NCBI GenBank assembly: GCA_032718475.1
Contig: JAUCBJ010006054.1
Span: 11,789-75,788 of the forward strand
DNA from: Nemertoderma westbladi
Taxonomy: Eukaryota; Animalia; Xenacoelomorpha
Direction: 5' to 3'
DNA length: 64,000 bases
A program made the position numbers and the translations under genes. The notes under the pieces were generated by a model. That model did no database searches and was not told the origin of the DNA. It worked only from the letters and a program-made list of their open reading frames with translations. Below, in pieces: positions 32,700 through 47,999 of this stretch (position 1 is its first letter; each line of letters opens with the position of its first letter).

Positions 32700-35600
32700 T
32701 AAACACGTACCATCAGCTCCAAATAACAATGTACTAATAAACACGTACCATCAGCTCCAAATATCAATGTACTAATAAACGTACCATCAGCTCCAAATAA
32801 CAATGTACTAATAAACGTACCATCAGCTCCAAATAACAATGTACTAATAAACACGTACCATCAGCTCCAAATAACAATGTACTAATAAACACGTTCCATC
32901 AGCTCCAAATAACAATGTACTAATAAACGTTCCATCAGCTCCAAATAACAATGTACTAATAAACGTACCATCAGCTCCAAATAACAATGTACTAATAAAC
33001 ACGTACCATCAGCTCCAAATATCAATGTACTAATAAACACGTACCATCAGCTCCAAATATCATGTATTAATAAACACGTACCATCAGCTCCAAATATAAT
33101 GTATTAATAAACACGTACCATCAGCTCCAAATATAATGTATTAATAAACACGTACCATCAGCTCCAAATATCATGTATTAATAAACACGTACCATCAGCT
33201 CCAAATATCATGTATTAATAAACACGTACCATCAGCTCCAAATAACAATGTACTAATAAACACGTACCATCAGCTCCAAATAACAATGTACTAATAAACA
33301 CGTACCATCAGCTCCAAATAACAATGTACTAATAAACACGTACCATCAGCTCCAAATATCAATGTACTAATAAACACGTACCATCAGCTCCAAATATCAT
33401 GTATTAATAAACACGTACCATCAGCTCCAAATATCATGTATTAATAAACACGTACCATCAGCTCCAAATAACAATGTACTAATAAACACGTACCATCAGC
33501 TCCAAATATCAATGTACTAATAAACACGTACCATCAGCTCCAAATATCATGTATTAATAAACACGTACCATCAGCTCCAAATATAATGTATTAATAAACA
33601 CGTACCATCAGCTCCAAATATCATGTATTAATAAACACGTACCATCAGCTCCAAATATCAATGTACTAATAAACGTACCATCAGCTCCAAATAACAATGT
33701 ACTAATAAACACGTACCATCAGCTCCAAATATCATGTATTAATAAACACGTTCCATCAGCTCCAAATAACAATGTACTAATAAACGTACCATCAGCTCCA
33801 AATAACAATGTACTAATAAACACGTACCATCAGCTCCAAATAACAATGTACTAATAAACACGTACCATCAGCTCCAAATATCAATGTACTAATAAACGTA
33901 CCATCAGCTCCAAATATCAATGTACTAATAAACACGTACCATCAGCTCCAAATATCATGTATTAATAAACACGTACCATCAGCTCCAAATAACAATGTAC
34001 TAATAAACGTACCATCAGCTCCAAATAACAATGTACTAATAAACACGTACCATCAGCTCCAAATATCAATGTACTAATAAACGTACCATCAGCTCCAAAT
34101 AACAATGTACTAATAAACACGTACCATCAGCTCCAAATAACATGTATTAATAAACACGTTCCATCAGCTCCAAATAACAATGTACTAATAAACGTACCAT
34201 CAGCTCCAAATAACAATGTACTAATAAACACGTACCATCAGCTCCAAATAACAATGTACTAATAAACACGTACCATCAGCTCCAAATAACAATGTACTAA
34301 TAAACACGTACCATCAGCTCCAAATATCAATGTACTAATAAACGTACCATCAGCTCCAAATAACAATGTACTAATAAACACGTACCATCAGCTCCAAATA
34401 ACAATGTACTAATAAACGTTCCATCAGCTCCAAATATCATGTATTAATAAACACGTACCATCAGCTCCAAATATCAATGTACTAATAAACGTACCATCAG
34501 CTCCAAATAACAATGTACTAATAAACGTACCATCAGCTCCAAATAACAATGTACTAATAAACACGTACCATCAGCTCCAAATATCAATGTACTAATAAAC
34601 GTACCATCAGCTCCAAATAACAATGTACTAATAAATGTACCATCAGCTCCAAATAACAATGTACTAATAAACGTACCATCAGCTCCAAATAACATGTATT
34701 AATAAACACGTACCATCAGCTCGAAATATCAATGTACTAATAAACGTACCATCAGCTCCAAATAACAATGTACTAATAAACGTACCATCAGCTCCAAATA
34801 TCATGTATTAATAAACACGTACCATCAGCTCCAAATAACAATGTACTAATAAACACGTACCATCAGCTCCAAATATCAATGTACTAATAAACGTACCATC
34901 AGCTCCAAATAACAATGTACTAATAAACGTACCATCAGCTCCAAATAACAATGTACTAATAAACACGTACCATCAGCTCCAAATAACAATGTACTAATAA
35001 ACACGTTCCATCAGCTCCAAATAACAATGTACTAATAAACGTTCCATCAGCTCCAAATAACAATGTACTAATAAACGTACCATCAGCTCCAAATAACAAT
35101 GTACTAATAAACACGTACCATCAGCTCCAAATATCAATGTACTAATAAACACGTACCATCAGCTCCAAATATCATGTATTAATAAACACGTACCATCAGC
35201 TCCAAATATAATGTATTAATAAACACGTACCATCAGCTCCAAATATAATGTATTAATAAACACGTACCATCAGCTCCAAATATCATGTATTAATAAACAC
35301 GTACCATCAGCTCCAAATATCATGTATTAATAAACACGTACCATCAGCTCCAAATAACAATGTACTAATAAACACGTACCATCAGCTCCAAATAACAATG
35401 TACTAATAAACACGTACCATCAGCTCCAAATAACAATGTACTAATAAACACGTACCATCAGCTCCAAATATCAATGTACTAATAAACACGTACCATCAGC
35501 TCCAAATATCATGTATTAATAAACACGTACCATCAGCTCCAAATATCATGTATTAATAAACACGTACCATCAGCTCCAAATAACAATGTACTAATAAACA

Positions 35601-36960
35601 CGTACCATCAGCTCCAAATATCAATGTACTAATAAACACGTACCATCAGCTCCAAATATCATGTATTAATAAACACGTACCATCAGCTCCAAATATAATG
35701 TATTAATAAACACGTACCATCAGCTCCAAATATCATGTATTAATAAACACGTACCATCAGCTCCAAATATCAATGTACTAATAAACGTACCATCAGCTCC
35801 AAATAACAATGTACTAATAAACACGTACCATCAGCTCCAAATATCATGTATTAATAAACACGTTCCATCAGCTCCAAATAACAATGTACTAATAAACGTA
35901 CCATCAGCTCCAAATAACAATGTACTAATAAACACGTACCATCAGCTCCAAATAACAATGTACTAATAAACACGTACCATCAGCTCCAAATATCAATGTA
36001 CTAATAAACGTACCATCAGCTCCAAATATCAATGTACTAATAAACACGCACCATCAGCTCCAAATATCATGTATTAATAAACACGTACCATCAGCTCCAA
36101 ATAACAATGTACTAATAAACGTACCATCAGCTCCAAATAACAATGTACTAATAAACACGTACCATCAGCTCCAAATATCAATGTACTAATAAACGTACCA
36201 TCAGCTCCAAATAACAATGTACTAATAAACACGTACCATCAGCTCCAAATAACATGTATTAATAAACACGTTCCATCAGCTCCAAATAACAATGTACTAA
36301 TAAACGTACCATCAGCTCCAAATAACAATGTACTAATAAACACGTACCATCAGCTCCAAATAACAATGTACTAATAAACACGTACCATCAGCTCCAAATA
36401 ACAATGTACTAATAAACACGTACCATCAGCTCCAAATATCAATGTACTAATAAACGTACCATCAGCTCCAAATAACAATGTACTAATAAACACGTACCAT
36501 CAGCTCCAAATAACAATGTACTAATAAACGTTCCATCAGCTCCAAATATCATGTATTAATAAACACGTACCATCAGCTCCAAATATCAATGTACTAATAA
36601 ACGTACCATCAGCTCCAAATAACAATGTACTAATAAACGTACCATCAGCTCCAAATAACAATGTACTAATAAACACGTACCATCAGCTCCAAATATCAAT
36701 GTACTAATAAACGTACCATCAGCTCCAAATAACAATGTACTAATAAACGTACCATCAGCTCCAAATAACAATGTACTAATAAACGTACCATCAGCTCCAA
36801 ATAACATGTATTAATAAACACGTACCATCAGCTCGAAATATCAATGTACTAATAAACGTACCATCAGCTCCAAATAACAATGTACTAATAAACGTACCAT
36901 CAGCTCCAAATATCATGTATTAATAAACACGTACCATCAGCTCCAAATAACAATGTACTA
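32700..36960 (+). repeat. ~2.1-kb tandem duplication within the satellite; boundaries approximate
   Basis: The rare GCTCGAAAT variant occurs at ~34720 and ~36832, and ORFs 34474/36586 are offset by 2112. TATAATG monomer doublets occur at ~33095 and ~35207. Confidence 0.8.
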
Positions 36961-39900
36961 ATAAACACGTACCATCAGCTCCAAATAACAATGTACTAAT
37001 AAACGTACCATCAGCTCCAAATAACAATGTACTAATAAACACGTACCATCAGCTCCAAATAACAATGTACTAATAAACACGTACCATCAGCTCCAAATAT
37101 CATGTATTAATAAACACGTACCATCAGCTCCAAATAACAATGTACTAATAAACACGTACCATCAGCTCCAAATATCATGTATTAATAAACACGTACCATC
37201 AGCTCCAAATAACAATGTACTAATAAACGTACCATCAGCTCCAAATAACATGTATTAATAAACACGTACCATCAGCTCCAAATATCAATGTACTAATAAA
37301 CGTACCATCAGCTCCAAATAACAATGTACTAATAAACGTACCATCAGCTCCAAATAACAATGTACTAATAAACACGTACCATCAGCTCCAAATAACAATG
37401 TACTAATAAACACGTACCATCAGCTCCAAATAACAATGTACTAATAAACGTTCCATCAGCTCCAAATAACAATGTACTAATAAACGTACCATCAGCTCCA
37501 AATAACAATGTACTAATAAACACGTACCATCAGCTCCAAATATCAATGTACTAATAAACACGTACCATCAGCTCCAAATATCATGTATTAATAAACACGT
37601 ACCATCAGCTCCAAATAACAATGTACTAATAAACACGTACCATCAGCTCCAAATATCATGTATTAATAAACACGTACCATCAGCTCCAAATAACAATGTA
37701 CTAATAAACACGTACCATCAGCTCCAAATAACAATGTACTAATAAACACGTACCATCAGCTCCAAATATCAATGTACTAATAAACGTACCATCAGCTCCA
37801 AATAACAATGTACTAATAAACGTACCATCAGCTCCAAATAACAATGTACTAATAAACACGTACCATCAGCTCCAAATAACAATGTACTAATAAACACGTT
37901 CCATCAGCTCCAAATAACAATGTACTAATAAACGTTCCATCAGCTCCAAATAACAATGTACTAATAAACGTACCATCAGCTCCAAATAACAATGTACTAA
38001 TAAACACGTACCATCAGCTCCAAATATCAATGTACTAATAAACACGTACCATCAGCTCCAAATATCATGTATTAATAAACACGTACCATCAGCTCCAAAT
38101 ATAATGTATTAATAAACACGTACCATCAGCTCCAAATATAATGTATTAATAAACACGTACCATCAGCTCCAAATATCATGTATTAATAAACACGTACCAT
38201 CAGCTCCAAATATCATGTATTAATAAACACGTACCATCAGCTCCAAATAACAATGTACTAATAAACACGTACCATCAGCTCCAAATAACAATGTACTAAT
38301 AAACACGTACCATCAGCTCCAAATAACAATGTACTAATAAACACGTACCATCAGCTCCAAATATCAATGTACTAATAAACACGTACCATCAGCTCCAAAT
38401 ATCATGTATTAATAAACACGTACCATCAGCTCCAAATATCATGTATTAATAAACACGTACCATCAGCTCCAAATAACAATGTACTAATAAATACGTACCA
38501 TCAGCTCCAAATATCAATGTACTAATAAACACGTACCATCAGCTCCAAATATCATGTATTAATAAACACGTACCATCAGCTCCAAATATAATGTATTAAT
38601 AAACACGTACCATCAGCTCCAAATATCATGTATTAATAAACACGTACCATCAGCTCCAAATATCATGTATTAATAAACACGTACCATCAGCTCCAAATAA
38701 CAATGTACTAATAAACACGTACCATCAGCTCCAAATAACAATGTACTAATAAACACGTACCATCAGCTCCAAATATCATGTATTAATAAACACGTACCAT
38801 CAGCTCCAAATATCATGTATTAATAAACACGTACCATCAGCTCCAAATAACAATGTACTAATAAACACGTACCATCAGCTCCAAATAACAATGTACTAAT
38901 AAACACGTACCATCAGCTCCAAATAACAATGTACTAATAAACACGTACCATCAGCTCCAAATATCAATGTACTAATAAACACGTACCATCAGCTCCAAAT
39001 ATCATGTATTAATAAACACGTACCATCAGCTCCAAATATCATGTATTAATAAACACGTACCATCAGCTCCAAATAACAATGTACTAATAAACACGTACCA
39101 TCAGCTCCAAATAACAATGTACTAATAAACACGTACCATCAGCTCCAAATAACAATGTACTATTAAACACGTACCATCAGCTCCAAATATCAATGTACTA
39201 ATAAACATGTACCATCAGCTCCAAATATCATGTATTAATAAACACGTACCATCAGCTCCAAATATAATGTATTAATAAACACGTACCATCAGCTCCAAAT
39301 ATAATGTATTAATAAACACGTACCATCAGCTCCAAATATAATGTATTAATAAACACGTACCATCAGCTCCAAATATCATGTATTAATAAACACGTACCAT
39401 CAGCTCCAAATATCATGTATTAATAAACACGTACCATCAGCTCCAAATAACAATGTACTAATAAACACGTACCATCAGCTCCAAATATCATGTATTAATA
39501 AACACGTACCATCAGCTCCAAATAACAATGTACTAATAAACACGTACCATCAGCTCCAAATAACAATGTACTAATAAACACGTACCATCAGCTCCAAATA
39601 ACAATGTACTAATAAACACGTACCATCAGCTCCAAATATCATGTATTAATAAACACGAACCATCAGCTCCAAATATAATGTATTAATAAACACGTACCAT
39701 CAGCTCCAAATATAATGTATTAATAAACACGTACCATCAGCTCCAAATATCATGTATTAATAAACACGTACCATCAGCTCCAAATATCATGTATTAATAA
39801 ACACGTACCATCAGCTCCAAATAACAATGTACTAATAAACACGTACCATCAGCTCCAAATAACAATGTACTAATAAACACGTACCATCAGCTCCAAATAT

Positions 39901-42900
39901 CAATGTACTAATAAACGTACCATCAGCTCCAAATATCAATGTACTAATAAACACGTACCATCAGCTCCAAATATCAATGTACTAATAAACACGTACCATC
40001 AGCTCCAAATAACAATGTACTAATAAACACGTACCATCAGCTCCAAATAACAATGTACTAATAAACACGTACCATCAGCTCCAAATAACAATGTACTAAT
40101 AAACGTTCCATCAGCTCCAAATAACAATGTACTAATAAACGTACCATCAGCTCCAAATAACAATGTACTAATAAACACGTACCATCAGCTCCAAATATCA
40201 ATGTACTAATAAACACGTACCATCAGCTCCAAATATCATGTATTAATAAACACGTACCATCAGCTCCAAATATAATGTATTAATAAACACGTACCATCAG
40301 CTCCAAATATCATGTATTAATAAACACGTACCATCAGCTCCAAATATAATGTATTAATAAACACGTACCATCAGCTCCAAATATCATGTATTAATAAACA
40401 CGTACCATCAGCTCCAAATATCATGTATTAATAAACACGTACCATCGGCTCCAAATATAATGTATTAATAAACACGTACCATCAGCTCCAAATATCATGT
40501 ATTAATAAACACGTACCATCAGCTCCAAATATCATGTATTAATAAACACGTACCATCAGCTCCAAATATCAATGTACTAATAAACACGTACCATCAGCTC
40601 CAAATATCATGTATTAATAAACACGTACCATCAGCTCCAAATATAATGTATTAATAAACACGTACCATCAGCTCCAAATATCATGTATTAATAAACACGT
40701 ACCATCAGCTCCAAATATCATGTACTAATAAACACGTACCATCAGCTCCAAATAACAATGTACTAATAAACGTACCATCAGCTCCAAATAACAATGTACT
40801 AATAAACACGTACCATCAGCTCCAAATATCATGTATTAATAAACACGTACCATCAGCTCCAAATAACAATGTACTAATAAACACGTACCATCAGCTCCAA
40901 ATATCAATGTACTAATAAACGTACCATCAGCTCCAAATAACAATGTACTAATAAACACGTTCCATCAGCTCCAAATAACAATGTACTAATAAACACGTAC
41001 CATCAGCTCCAAATAACAATGTACTAATAAACGTACCATCAGCTCCAAATAACAATGTACTAATAAACACGTACCATCAGCTCCAAATAACAATGTACTA
41101 ATAAACACGTACCATCAGCTCCAAATAACAATGTACTAATAAACGTTCCATCAGCTCCAAATAACAATGTACTAATAAACGTACCATCAGCTCCAAATAA
41201 CAATGTACTAATAAACACGTACCATCAGCTCCAAATATCATGTATTAATAAACACGTACCATCAGCTCCAAATAACAATGTACTAATAAACGTACCATCA
41301 GCTCCAAATATCAATGTACTAATAAACACGTACCATCAGCTCCAAATATCATGTATTAATAAACACGTACCATCAGCTCCAAATATCATGTATTAATAAA
41401 CACGTACCATCAGCTCCAAATATCATGTATTAATAAACACGTACCATCAGCTCCAAATATCATGTATTAATAAACACGTACCATCAGCTCCAAATATCAT
41501 GTATTAATAAACACGTACCATCAGCTCCAAATAACAATGTACTAATAAACACGTACCATCAGCTCCAAATAACAATGTACTAATAAACGTTCCATCAGCT
41601 CCAAATAACAATGTACTAATAAATGTACCATCAGCTCCAAATAACAATGTACTAATAAACACGTACCATCAGCTCCAAATATCATGTATTAATAAACACG
41701 TACCATCAGCTCCAAATAACAATGTACTAATAAACACGTACCATCAGCTCCAAATAACAATGTACTAATAAACGTTCCATCAGCTCCAAATAACAATGTA
41801 CTAATAAACGTACCATCAGCTCCAAATAACAATGTACTAATAAACACGTACCATCAGCTCCAAATATCATGTATTAATAAACACGTACCATCAGCTCCAA
41901 ATAACAATGTACTAATAAACACGTACCATCAGCTCCAAATAACAATGTACTAATAAACGTTCCATCAGCTCCAAATAACAATGTACTAATAAACGTACCA
42001 TCAGCTCCAAATAACAATGTACTAATAAACACGTACCATCAGCTCCAAATATCATGTATTAATAAACACGTACCATCAGCTCCAAATAACAATGTACTAA
42101 TAAACGTACCATCAGCTCCAAATATCAATGTACTAATAAACACGTACCATCAGCTCCAAATATCATGTATTAATAAACACGTACCATCAGCTCCAAATAT
42201 CATGTATTAATAAACACGTACCATCAGCTCCAAATATCATGTATTAATAAACACGTACCATCAGCTCCAAATAACAATGTACTAATAAACACGTACCATC
42301 AGCTCCAAATATCAATGTACTAATAAACGTACCATCAGCTCCAAATAACAATGTACTAATAAACACGTTCCATCAGCTCCAAATAACAATGTACTAATAA
42401 ACACGTACCATCAGCTCCAAATAACAATGTACTAATAAACGTACCATCAGCTCCAAATAACAATGTACTAATAAACACGTACCATCAGCTCCAAATATCA
42501 TGTATTAATAAACACGTACCATCAGCTCCAAATAACAATGTACTAATAAACGTACCATCAGCTCCAAATAACAATGTACTAATAAACACGTACCATCAGC
42601 TCCAAATAACAATGTACTAATAAACACGTACCATCAGCTCCAAATATCAATGTACTAATAAACACGTACCATCAGCTCCAAATATCATGTATTAATAAAC
42701 ACGTACCATCAGCTCCAAATATCATGTATTAATAAACACGTACCATCAGCTCCAAATAACAATGTACTAATAAACGTATCATCAGCTCCAAATAACATGT
42801 ACTAATAAACGTACCATCAGCTCCAAATAACAATGTACTAATAAACGTATCATCAGCTCCAAATAACAATGTACTAATAAACACGTACCATCAGCTCCAA

Positions 42901-45900
42901 ATAACAATGTACTAATAAACGTACCATCAGCTCCAAATAACAATGTACTAATAAACACGTACCATCAGCTCCAAATATCATGTATTAATAAACACGTACC
43001 ATCATCTCCAAATAACAATGTACTAATAAACGTACCATCAGCTCCAAATAACAATGTACTAATAAACGTACCATCAGCTCCAAATAACAATGTACTAATA
43101 AACACGTTCCATCAGCTCCAAATATCATGTATTAATAAACACGTACCATCAGCTCCAAATATCATGTATTAATAAACACGTACCATCAGCTCCAAATAAC
43201 AATGTACTAATAAACGTACCATCAGCTCCAAATAACAATGTACTAATAAACGTACCATCAGCTCCAAATAACAATGTACTAATAAACACGTTCCATCAGC
43301 TCCAAATAACAATGTACTAATAAACGTACCATCAGCTCCAAATAACAATGTACTAATAAACGTACCATCAGCTCCAAATAACAATGTACTAATAAACACG
43401 TACCATCAGCTCCAAATAACAATGTACTAATAAACGTACCATCAGCTCCAAATATCATGTATTAATAAACACGTACCATCAGCTCCAAATATCATGTATT
43501 AATAAACACGTACCATCAGCTCCAAATAACAATGTACTAATAAACACGTACCATCAGCTCCAAATATCAATGTACTAATAAACGTACCATCAGCTCCAAA
43601 TAACAATGTACTAATAAACACGTACCATCAGCTCCAAATATCAATGTACTAATAAACGTACCATCAGCTCCAAATAACAATGTACTAATAAACACGTTCC
43701 ATCAGCTCCAAATAACAATGTACTAATAAACACGTACCATCAGCTCCAAATATCATGTATTAATAAACACGTACCATCAGCTCCAAATATCATGTATTAA
43801 TAAACACGTACCATCAGCTCCAAATATCATGTATTAATAAACACGTACCATCAGCTCCAAATATCATGTATTAATAAACACGTACCATCAGCTCCAAATA
43901 ACAATGTACTAATAAACACGTACCATCAGCTCCAAATATCATGTATTAATAAACACGTACCATCAGCTCCAAATATCATGTATTAATAAACACGTACCAT
44001 CAGCTCCAAATATCAATGTACTAATAAACACGTACCATCAGCTCCAAATATCAATGTACTAATAAACGTACCATCAGCTCCAAATAACAATGTACTAATA
44101 AACACGTTCCATCAGCTCCAAATAACAATGTACTAATAAACACGTACCATCAGCTCCAAATATCATGTATTAATAAACACGTACCATCAGCTCCAAATAT
44201 CATGTATTAATAAACACGTACCATCAGCTCCAAATATCATGTATTAATAAACACGTACCATCAGCTCCAAATATCATGTATTAATAAACACGTACCATCA
44301 GCTCCAAATAACAATGTACTAATAAACACATACCATCAGCTCCAAATATCAATGTACTAATAAACGTACCATCAGCTCCAAATAACAATGTACTAATAAA
44401 CACGTTCCATCAGCTCCAAATAACAATGTACTAATAAACACGTACCATCAGCTCCAAATAACAATGTACTAATAAACGTACCATCAGCTCCAAATAACAA
44501 TGTACTAATAAACACGTACCATCAGCTCCAAATATCATGTATTAATAAACACGTACCATCAGCTCCAAATAACAATGTACTAATAAACGTACCATCAGCT
44601 CCAAATAACAATGTACTAATAAACACGTACCATCAGCTCCAAATAACAATGTACTAATAAACACGTACCATCAGCTCCAAATATCAATGTACTAATAAAC
44701 ACGTACCATCAGCTCCAAATAACAATGTACTAATAAACGTACCATCAGCTCCAAATAACAATGTACTAATAAACGTACCATCAGCTCCAAATAACAATGT
44801 ACTAATAAACACGTTCCATCAGCTCCAAATAACAATGTACTAATAAACGTACCATCATCTCCAAATAACAATGTACTAATAAACACGTACCATCAGCTCC
44901 AAATAACAATGTACTAATAAACACGTACCATCAGCTCCAAATATCATGTATTAATAAACGTACCATCAGCTCCAAATAACAATGTACTAATAAACGTACC
45001 ATCAGCTCCAAATAACAATGTACTAATAAACGTACCATCATCTCCAAATAACAATGTACTAATAAACACGTACCATCAGCTCCAAATAACAATGTACTAA
45101 TAAACGTACCATCAGCTCCAAATAACAATGTACTAATAAACGTACCATCAGCTCCAAATAACAATGTACTAATAAACGTTCCATCAGCTCCAAATAACAA
45201 TGTACTAATAAACGTACCATCATCTCCAAATAACAATGTACTAATAAACACGTACCATCAGCTCCAAATAACAATGTACTAATAAACGTACCATCAGCTC
45301 CAAATAACAATGTACTAATAAACGTACCATCAGCTCCAAATAACAATGTACTAATAAACGTACCATCAGCTCCAAATAACAATGTACTAATAAACACGTA
45401 CCATCAGCTCCAAATATCATGTATTAATAAACACGTACCATCAGCTCCAAATAACAATGTACTAATAAACGTACCATCAGCTCCAAATAACAATGTACTA
45501 ATAAACACGTACCATCAGCTCCAAATAACAATGTACTAATAAACACGTACCATCAGCTCCAAATATCAATGTACTAATAAACACGTACCATCAGCTCCAA
45601 ATAACAATGTACTAATAAACGTACCATCAGCTCCAAATAACAATGTACTAATAAACGTACCATCAGCTCCAAATAACAATGTACTAATAAACACGTACCA
45701 TCAGCTCCAAATATCATGTATTAATAAACACGTACCATCAGCTCCAAATATCATGTATTAATAAACACGTACCATCAGCTCCAAATAACAATGTACTAAT
45801 AAACACGTACCATCAGCTCCAAATATCATGTATTAATAAACACGTACCATCAGCTCCAAATATCAATGTACTAATAAACGTACCATCAGCTCCAAATAAC

Positions 45901-47999
45901 AATGTACTAATAAACACGTACCATCAGCTCCAAATAACAATGTACTAATAAACACGTTCCATCAGCTCCAAATAACAATGTACTAATAAACGTACCATCA
46001 TCTCCAAATAACAATGTACTAATAAACACGTACCATCAGCTCCAAATATCATGTATTAATAAACACGTACCATCAGCTCCAAATAACAATGTACTAATAA
46101 ACACGTTCCATCAGCTCCAAATAACAATGTACTAATAAACGTACCATCATCTCCAAATAACAATGTACTAATAAACACGTACCATCAGCTCCAAATATCA
46201 TGTATTAATAAACACGTACCATCAGCTCCAAATAACAATGTACTAATAAACGTACCATCAGCTCCAAATAACAATGTACTAATAAACGTACCATCAGCTC
46301 CAAATGTCAATGTACTAATAAACACGTACCATCAGCTCCAAATATCATGTATTAATAAACGTACCATCAGCTCCAAATATCATGTATTAATAAACACGTA
46401 CCATCAGCTCCAAATAACAATGTACTAATAAACGTACCATCAGCTCCAAATAACAATGTACTAATAAACACGTACCATCAGCTCCAAATAACAATGTACT
46501 AATAAACACGTACCATCAGCTCCAAATAACAATGTACTAATAAACACGTACCATCAGCTCCAAATATCAATGTACTAATAAACGTACCATCAGCTCCAAA
46601 TAACAATGTACTAATAAACACGTACCATCAGCTCCAAATATCAATGTACTAATAAAAGTATCATCAGCTCCAAATAACAATGTACTAATAAACACGTACC
46701 ATCAGCTCCAAATATCATGTATTAATAAACACGCACCATCAGCTCCAAATAACAATGTACTATTAAACACGTACCATCAGCTCCAAATAACAATGTACTA
46801 ATAAACACGTACCATCAGCTCCAAATAACAATGTACTAATAAACACGTACCATCAGCTCCAAATATCAATGTACTAATAAACGTACCATCAGCTCCAAAT
46901 AACAATGTACTAATAAACACGTACCATCAGCTCCAAATATCAATGTACTAATAAAAGTATCATCAGCTCCAAATAACAATGTACTAATAAACACGTACCA
47001 TCAGCTCCAAATAACAATGTACTAATAAACACGTACCATCAGCTCCAAATATCAATGTACTAATAAACACGTACCATCAGCTCCAAATATCATGTATTAA
47101 TAAACACGTACCATCAGCTCCAAATATCATGTATTAATAAACACGTACCATCAGCTCCAAATATAATGTATTAATAAACACGTACCATCAGCTCCAAATA
47201 TCATGTATTAATAAACACGTACCATCAGCTCCATATAACAATGTACTAATAAACACGTACCATCAGCTCCAAATATCATGTATTAATAAACACGTACCAT
47301 CAGCTCCAAATAACAATGTACTAATAAACACGTACCATCAGCTCCAAATATCAATGTACTAATAAACGTACCATCAGCTCCAAATAACAATGTACTAATA
47401 AACACGTTCCATCAGCTCCAAATAACAATGTACTAATAAACGTACCATCAGCTCCAAATAACAATGTACTAATAAACACGTACCATCAGCTCCAAATAAC
47501 AATGTACTAATAAACACGTACCATCAGCTCCAAATAACAATGTACTAATAAACACGTACCATCAGCTCCAAATATCAATGTACTAATAAACGTACCATCA
47601 GCTCCAAATAACAATGTACTAATAAACACGTACCATTAGCTCCAAATATCAATGTACTAATAAAAGTATCATCAGCTCCAAATAACAATGTACTAATAAA
47701 CACGTACCATCAGCTCCAAATATCATGTATTAATAAACACGCACCATCAGCTCCAAATAACAATGTACTATTAAACACGTACCATCAGCTCCAAATAACA
47801 ATGTACTAATAAACACGTACCATCAGCTCCAAATAACAATGTACTAATAAACACGTACCATCAGCTCCAAATATCAATGTACTAATAAACGTACCATCAG
47901 CTCCAAATAACAATGTACTAATAAACACGTACCATCAGCTCCAAATATCAATGTACTAATAAAAGTATCATCAGCTCCAAATAACAATGTACTAATAAA

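Noticed and set aside
2491-45397. Many 61-114 aa minus-strand ORFs (FISTLLFGADGT / LLVHCYLELMVR repeats)
   Set aside because: These are translations of runs of 36-bp monomers that happen to keep frame. They end whenever other monomer lengths shift into a stop frame, and there is no evidence of coding function.
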